A stretch of DNA of 53,615 nucleotides from a virus (lineage: Duplodnaviria; Caudoviricetes), in the IMG/VR virus record IMGVR_UViG_3300006802_000123, positions 1-53,615 of that record. The stretch is one strand, 5' to 3'. Below, piece by piece: positions 1 to 7,681 of the stretch (the stretch's first letter is position 1; each line of letters begins with the position of its first letter). A program made the translations under genes and the position numbers. The notes under the pieces are model-generated. The model did no database searches, had not been told where the DNA came from, and saw only the letters and a list, made by a program, of their open reading frames with translations.

Positions 1-3000
1 ATTCTCTTGAGCGTGTGATCCTTCTAGCAGGCCGACGTTTGTTTCATCGCTGCTACTTCCTCCACCACCGGACGTACTGGCTGCAGATGATTTTCTTCTT
101 CTTGTAGATGGGCCTCTTGAAGCGGCACTCATACCTCCACCTCCGCTCATACCTCCACCGCCACCTCCGCTCGTACCTCCAGAAGTAAAGTCTGATGCTT
201 TATCAATTAGTTCCATTATCTTTTGTTTTAATGCTAATCTATCTAAACGTTCAAACTCTTTATATACGTTATCTGGAATCTTGAAATCTTTTAAATTTTT
301 AACAGATGATGTTAGTTCTTGCCATTTTACGCTAGTCCAAAATTTAAAAAATTTGTCCATATATGTCAGATTTTTATCAAATCTATTTTCATTGATACCA
401 TTATCGTCTACTTCATCAATTCCTTCCATTACACCTTCTACGAAAGTTTCATACGGCCAGTCTGCTATTTTTGAATCAGGTAATGCTATTCCTCCAAGTT
501 TTTTTATTTCAAGTAGAAAATTTGTCATTAATGGTAAATTTTTATTAAATTTTTCTGGATCTGGGTTAAACCCATCTGGGTCACCTACATCTACTATACC
601 ATTCATTATATTGTTTACTAAGTCTTCGTAAGGATAGTCTGCTAATTCTTTTGAGGGTAATCCTATTCCCTCTAACTCTTTAAGACTTCCCATAAATTGT
701 TTTATCAAAGGAATATTAGCATCTATTTTAGTTTTGTCTACATCATCATCATCACTTAGTTCCCTTAAGGCATATATCATTTCTTCTGCTACATTTTCAT
801 AGTCAAAATTTTCAAGAGCTTCTAGATTACTTACACCTCCTAAGTCTTTCAACATAGCAAGAAACGTTTTTGCTGTTTCTATATTAGCCTTTATTGTTTT
901 GTCATCTAATCCTACGTCAAACTCATCTAAACCATAAACTATTTCTTCTGCTACATTTTCGAAATCAAAGTCTTCTGCCTTTGCTATAGAATCCATTCCT
1001 GACAAAGCACTAGTAAATGCTTTAAACATTTCCATAGTGCCTTTAAATTGCTCTACATCTATCTTAGCCCCTTCCGAACCTAAATCAGATAAGAACTTAA
1101 CAAATCCTTTTGCATCAATGTTACCTGTAGCAATTTTCATAGCACCAGATGAAGGTTTCATTCCTTCTAGTTTTGATAAACCTTGTATGTATACAGCAAG
1201 TGCCCCAGTAAATGCGTTAATCTTTTCAGGATCAGCATCTAAACCTGATATACTAGTTACGAATTCTTTGAAACTATCTACTGGTAGAACAATCTTTTTC
1301 TCTTTACCAAAAGCCGCTAATAGTCCGTCTACTATACCAGTCTTTGGCGGCTGGAATCTGTTTAGTGCCTTTATAAACATCTCTAGTGCAGGAGTGTATT
1401 TTTCTATATTTTCTACGCTTATTTGTGCTTTAGATAATTGTTCCATTCCTTTAATAGGGCCACTAAAGTCTACTTTACGGCTAAATACAGATCCTTTAGC
1501 CTTACCTAAAGTTGCCATTGCTTTTGCGTATATTTCTAATGCTTCAGATTTTGCTTTGAAGTCATCAACTTTAATATCTAAATTTGCAAATTCTTTTAAT
1601 TTACCCATAATATCTTTACCACCAAAGAATTTAGTAATTCCTCCCGCTGCTTCACCTAACATATTTCCTATACCGCCGGCTACACCGCCTGCACCAAATA
1701 CCGCTAATCCTGCTCCTAATCCAAGAACACCCTTACCTACAGCCCATAACTTTTCTCCGTCTAGCTCTTCAAACTTCTGTATAGATTTAGCCAAAAGGGG
1801 TAAAGATAGTGATACTACAGCAATAGCAGCAGCAATACCTACACCAAGCAATGTTATAACACCGGCAAATACTCCTGCACCTGCAAGTACTAGGCCAGCC
1901 TGTGGACCACCAAATGCTTTAAAGAAACCTGCTATTCCTTCACCTAGACCTCTACCTAAACCACTCAATCCTGTACCTAAACTGGCTAAACGTCCCATTC
2001 CTCCACTTGCAGCTCCGGGAAGTCCACCACCGCCTCCGCCACCCATAACTGTTCCAGCAACGGTAGATGCTGCGCTAGCTGCACCACCTTTAAACATTGA
2101 AGCCACTTTATAAGCAACGAAAGCAGCAGTTAAAACGCCTGTAGCGATTGTTAACGCATCTAGGGCTTTCTTATGAGTTGATAAACTCTCAACCATACTT
2201 TCCATTCCCTTTCGGAATTTAATTTCTGTTTCCTGTCTGCTTGCTTCTGCGTCTGCTATAGCACTGGTGCCTGCTTCTGTTGCTCTATCTCTGGCTTCTT
2301 GGGCCTCTTTCATTGCCTCTACTTCATCTATACCTCCGCGTTTTGCTTGAGTTGTGTCAAAACCCGCATCTTTTAATCCTTGTACACCCATAGCTTGCAT
2401 TACTACAGGACCAAGTTCACGAATTCCCGCCATCGCACCTTCTTTTAGAGCCTGAGAAGTTTCGGCTGCGCGTAATTGTGCTGTCTTTGTTTCTGCATCT
2501 AGGATAGCTTTGCGTTCTTCTTCTGATCCTGCTGCTGCTATTTTCTTAGCAGATTCTGCGGTATCTTTAGTTAATTTTTCTGCCAATTGTGCAGCATCTT
2601 TGCCACCTCTTTCAATCATCATCATTGCTTTAGCAGAATTTTCATCTATAGCCGCGCCACCTGTATTCATAAGTGTGATATAGCCTGCTTTCATTTCATC
2701 AGACATACCAATTGTTGCTGCTGCTATTTCTGCTGATCTTACTTGTTCAGCAGCTGTCATTTCTGCTGCTTGTTTCCTCAATTTAGCCGCTTGTTCCTCA
2801 TCACCCCTAGCTGCCGCTTCTTTAGCCTTTTTCTCTAATTCTGCAGCCTCTGCCATAACACCAGCCGATCGTAATTGTTCAGTTTCTAACGCAGCCTGTG
2901 CTTCCATGGATCTTTGGGCTTCTTCTGCACTTTTACCTGTGATTTCTGACAATATCATCAAATCTTTTACATATTGTCTGCTTATAGACGCTTGAAGACC

Positions 3001-3762
3001 ACTTTCAACATTCATTTTATTGAACATCTGTCCGGTGGCTGCTACTGTCTTAGCGTAACCGGCTTGCATTTCCATTAACTCTTCGAAACCAATACCTAAT
3101 CTACTAAACTCTGCTCGTTGTTTCTCGGTGACCTTAGTCATCTTCATGAATGATTCACCGGCTGAATCAGCACCACCTAAGAATACACTGAAAGATCCAC
3201 TCATACCCTTCATAGTAGAGTTTAGTTTGTCCATGTTATGGTAAGTGAATCCGGCTTCTTTAGCCAATGCTTTCATCTGTTCGCCAGTAGCACCCATACC
3301 AGCACCAGACTTAAATGTAGCATCTCTCAATGAAACTACTGCGTCACGATATATGTTGACTTCTTTTTGTAATGCACCCAATGCTTGTATACCAACCCCA
3401 AGCACTTTGCCCATAAGACCAAATTGTGATACTATTCCTGATGCACCGTCAGTAGCAGCATCTATAGCAGCATTGTATTTTTTGAAACTTTTCTCAGTGC
3501 TTTCTAGGGCATTAATAACATTTTGAGTAGTTCTGATTGTAGTATTCGCAAGTTCATTTTTTACTCTGTCTTTGACTGCTTGTGCTTCTGCTGCTTTTCT
3601 TTCTGCTTCTGCAACCAAACTACCGGCTGCGCTGACTTCTTGTAAACCATCAGCGGCTGCTAGTCCAGTATCACCTAATCGTCTTAAACGTTCTTCAAGA
3701 GCGTTTATTTGTTCTTGCAATTGTTCAGTATTGAGTACGTTTTCGTCATTACCGCCTAGCAT
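1..3762 (-). CDS. Tape-measure-like tail protein, >1250 aa, 3' end runs off the window
   Basis: Absent from the ORF track, probably because it has no stop inside the window. The minus frame was open wherever I spot-checked it, from ATG 3762 (AAGGA upstream; alternative in-frame ATG at 3771) to position 1. It starts MLGGNDENVLNTEQLQEQINALEERLRRL, is Ala/Gln/Lys-rich and helical, has a hydrophobic Gly/Ala middle segment and ~54-aa repeats, and lies next to a tail chaperone-like gene. Confidence 0.75.
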   Translation of the reverse strand, partial: MLGGNDENVLNTEQLQEQINALEERLRRLGDTGLAAADGLQEVSAAGSLVAEAERKAAEAQAVKDRVKNELANTTIRTTQNVINALESTEKSFKKYNAAIDAATDGASGIVSQFGLMGKVLGVGIQALGALQKEVNIYRDAVVSLRDATFKSGAGMGATGEQMKALAKEAGFTYHNMDKLNSTMKGMSGSFSVFLGGADSAGESFMKMTKVTEKQRAEFSRLGIGFEELMEMQAGYAKTVAATGQMFNKMNVESGLQASISRQYVKDLMILSEITGKSAEEAQRSMEAQAALETEQLRSAGVMAEAAELEKKAKEAAARGDEEQAAKLRKQAAEMTAAEQVRSAEIAAATIGMSDEMKAGYITLMNTGGAAIDENSAKAMMMIERGGKDAAQLAEKLTKDTAESAKKIAAAGSEEERKAILDAETKTAQLRAAETSQALKEGAMAGIRELGPVVMQAMGVQGLKDAGFDTTQAKRGGIDEVEAMKEAQEARDRATEAGTSAIADAEASRQETEIKFRKGMESMVESLSTHKKALDALTIATGVLTAAFVAYKVASMFKGGAASAASTVAGTVMGGGGGGGLPGAASGGMGRLASLGTGLSGLGRGLGEGIAGFFKAFGGPQAGLVLAGAGVFAGVITLLGVGIAAAIAVVSLSLPLLAKSIQKFEELDGEKLWAVGKGVLGLGAGLAVFGAGGVAGGIGNMLGEAAGGITKFFGGKDIMGKLKEFANLDIKVDDFKAKSEALEIYAKAMATLGKAKGSVFSRKVDFSGPIKGMEQLSKAQISVENIEKYTPALEMFIKALNRFQPPKTGIVDGLLAAFGKEKKIVLPVDSFKEFVTSISGLDADPEKINAFTGALAVYIQGLSKLEGMKPSSGAMKIATGNIDAKGFVKFLSDLGSEGAKIDVEQFKGTMEMFKAFTSALSGMDSIAKAEDFDFENVAEEIVYGLDEFDVGLDDKTIKANIETAKTFLAMLKDLGGVSNLEALENFDYENVAEEMIYALRELSDDDDVDKTKIDANIPLIKQFMGSLKELEGIGLPSKELADYPYEDLVNNIMNGIVDVGDPDGFNPDPEKFNKNLPLMTNFLLEIKKLGGIALPDSKIADWPYETFVEGVMEGIDEVDDNGINENRFDKNLTYMDKFFKFWTSVKWQELTSSVKNLKDFKIPDNVYKEFERLDRLALKQKIMELIDKASDFTSGGTSGGGGGGMSGGGGMSAASRGPSTRRRKSSAASTSGGGGSSSDETNVGLLEGSHAQEN
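779..960. repeat. 20-bp exact direct repeat ATTTCTTCTGCTACATTTTC (779-798, 941-960), 162 bp (54 codons) apart
   Basis: Read directly; marks an in-frame internal repeat of the tape-measure-like protein (FDxENVAEE). Confidence 0.85.
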
Positions 3763-3804
3763 GTCCGTCATCCTTAAAATTTTGTTTGACTACGGTTTTA
3801 CCCG

Positions 3805-3812
3805 TATAAATA
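3805..3812 (+). promoter_or_regulatory. T4-type late promoter TATAAATA for the 3859 gene
   Basis: Exact T4 gp55 late consensus in the intergenic gap; a gp55-like gene is present in the window. Confidence 0.7.
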
Positions 3813-3817
3813 TAAAG

Positions 3818-3825
3818 TATTTAGT
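3818..3825 (-). promoter_or_regulatory. Late-promoter-like ACTAAATA for the tape-measure-like gene
   Basis: Reverse complement of TATTTAGT; TAAATA core about 55 nt upstream of ATG 3762. Confidence 0.5.
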
Positions 3826-3858
3826 ATTGGAAAAACATACCCTAAAAGAGGACAAACC

Positions 3859-4689
3859 ATGAGCGATAACCCGTTAAAAAGATATTTCCGTAAACCTGCC
3901 GTGTACATTAAACTACCCAGTGGCGGCAAGAGATACACCCCTGATGTATTAACTATGCCAGCATCGGGTGAAATAGCAGTATATCCAATGACTGCTTTAG
4001 ACGAAATTACAGCAAAAACTCCAGACGCTTTGTTCAACGGAGAAGCAATGGTCTCTATCATCAAGAGTTGTGTTCCTGATTTTAAAGACCCATGGAAGAT
4101 CAGTAGTTCTGACTTTGATGCTGTTCTTATAGCGATCAGGTCTGCATCTAATCAAAGCATTTATAAAATAATGTCTAAATGTCCAAACTGTGAGGAAGAG
4201 TCTGAATTTGGAATAGATTTAATTCCTGTGCTATCTCAATTGAAAGAAGCAGATTATGAACAAGATTATCCTTTTAGTGATCTATACATAAGATTTAGAC
4301 CATTAATATACAAAGAAATGAATGATGCTGGTATCAGTCAAGTTACTATTAACAAAGAACTAATGGATCTAGATAAGAACAAAGATTTACCAGACGAGCA
4401 AAAAGCCAAAGGCTTAGAAAAAGCAGTAAGAAAGATTACTGAACACACTATGCGTGTAGTTGCTGGAGCAATTGAATACATACGAACCCCAGAAACTATA
4501 GTTAAAGATAAGAGATTAATATTGGATTTCTTAGTCAATTGCGATAGTAGTTTATATAATGCTGTCAGAGACAAGAGTATTGAATTAAAAAATGCTACGG
4601 AATTAAAACCTGTGACTATAATATGCCCCGACTGCAAGCATTCATATGAACAAGAATATGGATTGAATCTATCAAATTTTTTCGACTAA
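3859..4689 (+). CDS. T4 gp26-like baseplate hub / tail assembly chaperone
   Basis: 276 aa; IKLPSGG, PMTALDE and DFDAVLIAIRSAS motifs; two CxxC pairs (CPNC, CPDC); ends LSNFFD; GAGG Shine-Dalgarno. Confidence 0.75.
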   Translation: MSDNPLKRYFRKPAVYIKLPSGGKRYTPDVLTMPASGEIAVYPMTALDEITAKTPDALFNGEAMVSIIKSCVPDFKDPWKISSSDFDAVLIAIRSASNQSIYKIMSKCPNCEEESEFGIDLIPVLSQLKEADYEQDYPFSDLYIRFRPLIYKEMNDAGISQVTINKELMDLDKNKDLPDEQKAKGLEKAVRKITEHTMRVVAGAIEYIRTPETIVKDKRLILDFLVNCDSSLYNAVRDKSIELKNATELKPVTIICPDCKHSYEQEYGLNLSNFFD

Positions 4690-4726
4690 GGCTTCTTTAT
4701 TCGACACCAGAGTCTATAAAGAAGCT
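4677..4726 (+). promoter_or_regulatory. Programmed -1 ribosomal frameshift signal
   Basis: In-frame slippery heptamer T TTT TTC (4677-4683), 7-nt spacer, then a perfect 10-bp stem GCTTCTTTAT (4691-4700) / ATAAAGAAGC (4716-4725). Confidence 0.75.
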
Positions 4727-4913
4727 ATTTGATCAATTTGATGTAGACGTATCTACTATACGAAAGAATTGTTTACAACTTGCTTGGTATATGAGAGGCA
4801 GTGTGTCCTATGAAGACGTATTAAATATGTCCGATCATGAGAGAACTCTTATATCAGAAATAGTTGAAGCCAATCTAGAAACTACTAAGAAAACTCAAAT
4901 GCCTTTCTTTTAA
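4683..4913 (+). CDS. gp51-like small hub assembly domain, probably expressed as the -1 frameshift extension of the 3859 gene
   Basis: The -1 frame reads RLRLLYSTPESIKKLFDQFDVDVSTIRKNCLQLAWYMRGSVSYEDVLNMSDHERTLISEIVEANLETTKKTQMPFF*. There is no ATG/GTG/TTG between the in-frame stop at 4647 and ATG 4791. Not in the ORF track. Confidence 0.7.
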   Translation, partial: RLRLLYSTPESIKKLFDQFDVDVSTIRKNCLQLAWYMRGSVSYEDVLNMSDHERTLISEIVEANLETTKKTQMPFF

Positions 4914-4919
4914 CTTTAG

Positions 4920-4982
4920 AGTTGTCCTTTGGACAACTAACACCTGCGCTTGCCTCCGGCTTCGCTTGGTGTTGTCTTTTTT
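4920..4982 (+). terminator. Tandem hairpins followed by a T6 tract; possible intrinsic terminator or DNA hairpin element
   Basis: AGTTGTCC-TTT-GGACAACT (4920-4938) and AACACC...GGTGTT (4939-4973), then TTTTTT (4977-4982), just after the stop at 4913. Confidence 0.45.
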
Positions 4983-4997
4983 ATTAAATGTTAAATA

Positions 4998-5333
4998 CTT
5001 GCCGCCTCGGATGTCCATGGTAGTGCTACAAGCACTACCAGAATCAAGACTTGCCTGCCCATCATCCATGCTGTTTATTCCCCGTCACACTAGCCTATTT
5101 GCTGCACAACGCTACCGGTTGCCCTATAAAGTTTATTGGGACTGTAGTTTGAGTATTACTCAAGCAACGCATGTTTTGTATCATCAAAACAGAATAGATA
5201 CAAACTCATTCAGGGTTCGCTAACCTGTCGATTGCCCTGTCGGTATTCCGTGTATCTCTACACGCTGCTCCAGTTCTGCCGGTAACTAGTAGTACTAGAC
5301 TGGCTCAAGGAGAGTCGAGGTGCCCCGACCAAA
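4998..5333. ncRNA. Unrecognised large structured non-coding element (candidate ncRNA)
   Basis: About 48% GC by hand count over 5001-5330, in an AT-rich genome; at least eight stems, including a perfect 10-bp stem (5018-5027/5031-5040), a hairpin with a GAGA tetraloop on the minus strand (5249-5264) and a possible pseudoknot (5172-5204); no credible ORF. Confidence 0.6.
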
Positions 5334-5882
5334 CTAATTTTCAGAAGTTTTTAAATCTATTATATTAGTACTATTGGTGCCACAATATGCTTTAAAGATG
5401 TCTTTGTTGAGCCTAAAAAAGATGTCAAATTCTATAATTATCCAATCGCCGTGTTCTTTAGAAGTGTAATATAAAAAGTGATCAGTAACATAAGTCTTAT
5501 TAGATTGAACTGCTACGAATTTACCTTTCCTGTTAAATTTCATGAATAAAATATTTAAATCACTGGGTTCTGCTACAGTCAGCATTTGTCCTAACCAATC
5601 GTCAAATACTTTACATTCTCCTGCTAGTACTTGATGAAAAGGAAAGTCTTTGTAACTCTTGCATTCAGCATTCATTAAATTGAAACTTTGTCCGGGTACG
5701 ATATCACCCTTGAAACTGCGTATCTGCCCTTCGTGTAATATTTGTGTTCTGCTAGTGTTCTTACCACCTACATAAGCACCTGAGCCTGGAGCCCTGATAA
5801 AACTTTCTTGGTACAAGTCAGAAAGATAATTGGCTATCTCTCTTTCAAAATTGTTTCCTTTTGCTTTCTGTGGACTAGGCAT
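5334..5882 (-). CDS. Holliday junction resolvase, Hjc-like PD-(D/E)xK nuclease
   Basis: KGNNFEREIA N-terminal helix, GDI and AECKSYK catalytic motifs; directly downstream of gp46/gp47. Confidence 0.8.
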   Translation of the reverse strand: MPSPQKAKGNNFEREIANYLSDLYQESFIRAPGSGAYVGGKNTSRTQILHEGQIRSFKGDIVPGQSFNLMNAECKSYKDFPFHQVLAGECKVFDDWLGQMLTVAEPSDLNILFMKFNRKGKFVAVQSNKTYVTDHFLYYTSKEHGDWIIIEFDIFFRLNKDIFKAYCGTNSTNIIDLKTSEN

Positions 5883-5893
5883 ACTGTAATTAG

Positions 5894-5901
5894 TGTTTAT
5901 C
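5894..5901 (-). promoter_or_regulatory. Late-promoter variant GATAAACA upstream of the resolvase
   Basis: One mismatch to the GATAAATA motif used elsewhere in the window; lies in the short intergenic gap. Confidence 0.35.
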
Positions 5902-5917
5902 TTTGTAGCCGAAAAAT

Positions 5918-7681
5918 TTATAATACTTCATTAGAACTACTGTATGAAGTGAAGCCGTTTTCTTTGATCACTCTTAATACACTAGGTACTCTACCCGCTA
6001 ACTCTTCGCGATGAGAAACTAACCAGATACTTTTTTCTCTGCGTCTAGACATGTCTTTCAAGATAGCCATACTGTTTTCTACACCTACAGTATCTAGACC
6101 TGAGTCAATTAATTCATCGATAAAGATAGTATTGATAGGATGATATAAACTTTCCCATACATCTCTAAAAGCAAAACTCAAACCCAGAATCAATCTATTT
6201 CTTTCTCCCCTAGAAAGATTGTCAAAGTCTAACTCGCGACCTAATTCGGTTATCTCTACATTCAAATCATTTTGAAATACTACTTGGTGTGGTAGACCTA
6301 TTCTATCTAAGTAATGAGTTAATCTAGAATTCAAATAACTTAAATTCTGATCAATGATTTTTTTACGTATGAAAGAATCTTTGCTGGTCAACAAGTCAAG
6401 CAAGAACTTTTGATGATCTAATACTCTGTTTAATTTATTAATATTATCAAAACTTATTTCTTGCAGGGCGTTCTTCTCCATTTCTACTATTTGTTCAGAA
6501 TATGGATTAGTTTCATCTTTTCTCAAATCAACTTCTTTGATGAGACTATCTAATTTACTCCTATGATCAAATGCTTCTTGCTCAGTATCATAGAACAGTT
6601 TAGGTAATGGCCCAACCTTACCTATATCATTTTTAGTAGTTTCTAATTGTTGTAATAGAGAAGACCATTCTTCTATATTTTTTACAGATTCTTTTAACGC
6701 TTTTTCTTTATCTTTCAATACGCTTTTATGTTTCTTGTCATGGAATTCTTGACCACAAGCATAACACTTGTTATCTTTCAAAGAAGTCAACTCTTTTTCT
6801 ATCTTTTTAACATTCTTTTCTTCTTTGGCTATATCACTTTGAGTTCTGTCTATAGCCTTATTAAGGTCAGCGATATCTTTCTTACGCTGGTTAAACATTG
6901 CTAGATCCTTGTGACCTTGCAATTCTTTTTGAATGTCTAATTTCTGTAGTTCTTCTAACTCGCTGGTTAGATTTGATACAGTTTCTGTGTGTTTAGTATC
7001 CCAGAGTTTTTGTTTTCTTTTGAGAGCATCAATTTGCTCTACAATTCTTTTGTTTGCTTCTTCTATTGCTTTGATTTTGTATTCTTCTCCGGTAAGTTGA
7101 TCTTTAGTATCTCTTACTAGATTTTTAACGGTTTCTGCTTTTTCAGACAACAGAGTTATACCTAATAACTGTTCAATTACAGTACGCTGTTCTCCCGCGC
7201 TCATTGCTAAAAAGGGAGTGCTATAAGTATTCAACGCTACTATGTGTTTGAACATGTCAGGTGACATGCCTATGGCACGTTCGATTTCTATTTGAGTTTC
7301 TTTATTTTCTCCCTGAGCGTCATTTTGTGATTCTCTTATGTCAGAGTTCACATAGAATTTTAATATGTTTGGTTTTCTACCACGCTCAATCTTATACTCT
7401 ACTCCATTCGCGCTAAACTCTAGCGTGACTAACATACCCTTACCATTTGTTCTATTGATAAGATTATCTTTTCTTATTTGATTTAATGGGGTACCAAACA
7501 AAACATAAGACAAGCCTTGAATCAAAGTAGTTTTACCAGTACCATTTCTAGCACCGTCACCCCCTAGATCAAGGTTCTCTCCTAATATTAGTGTTAGTTC
7601 TTTACTGTCAAAGTTGACTGCTTGGGTTACTGCACCAATAGACAAAAAGTTTCTAAGTGTTAAATTTTTAAGTGTTATCAT
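5918..7681 (-). CDS. gp46: Rad50/SbcC-like recombination ATPase (T4 gp46-like)
   Basis: Walker A GARNGTGKT, coiled coils with zinc hook CYAC, signature LSRGE, Walker B IFIDE, D-loop SGLD, H-loop VSH. Confidence 0.95.
   Translation of the reverse strand: MITLKNLTLRNFLSIGAVTQAVNFDSKELTLILGENLDLGGDGARNGTGKTTLIQGLSYVLFGTPLNQIRKDNLINRTNGKGMLVTLEFSANGVEYKIERGRKPNILKFYVNSDIRESQNDAQGENKETQIEIERAIGMSPDMFKHIVALNTYSTPFLAMSAGEQRTVIEQLLGITLLSEKAETVKNLVRDTKDQLTGEEYKIKAIEEANKRIVEQIDALKRKQKLWDTKHTETVSNLTSELEELQKLDIQKELQGHKDLAMFNQRKKDIADLNKAIDRTQSDIAKEEKNVKKIEKELTSLKDNKCYACGQEFHDKKHKSVLKDKEKALKESVKNIEEWSSLLQQLETTKNDIGKVGPLPKLFYDTEQEAFDHRSKLDSLIKEVDLRKDETNPYSEQIVEMEKNALQEISFDNINKLNRVLDHQKFLLDLLTSKDSFIRKKIIDQNLSYLNSRLTHYLDRIGLPHQVVFQNDLNVEITELGRELDFDNLSRGERNRLILGLSFAFRDVWESLYHPINTIFIDELIDSGLDTVGVENSMAILKDMSRRREKSIWLVSHREELAGRVPSVLRVIKENGFTSYSSSNEVL

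Noticed and set aside
281-3862. Plus-strand ORFs 281-631, 1037-2113, 3245-3526, 3572-3862
   Set aside because: Antisense shadows of the long minus-strand tape-measure-like frame; Ser/Pro/Phe-rich translations without motifs.
4875-5223. ORFs 4875-5069 (-) and 4966-5223 (+)
   Set aside because: No recognisable motifs, atypical composition, and they run through dense hairpins; a non-coding interpretation fits better.
4914-5333. tRNA, tmRNA, RNase P, group I/II intron, retron or CRISPR identity for the structured element
   Set aside because: No T-loop/CCA cloverleaf, no recognisable catalytic-core motifs, no interrupted gene, no reverse transcriptase in the window and no repeat-spacer periodicity. 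Judged by eye only; an Rfam search is still needed.
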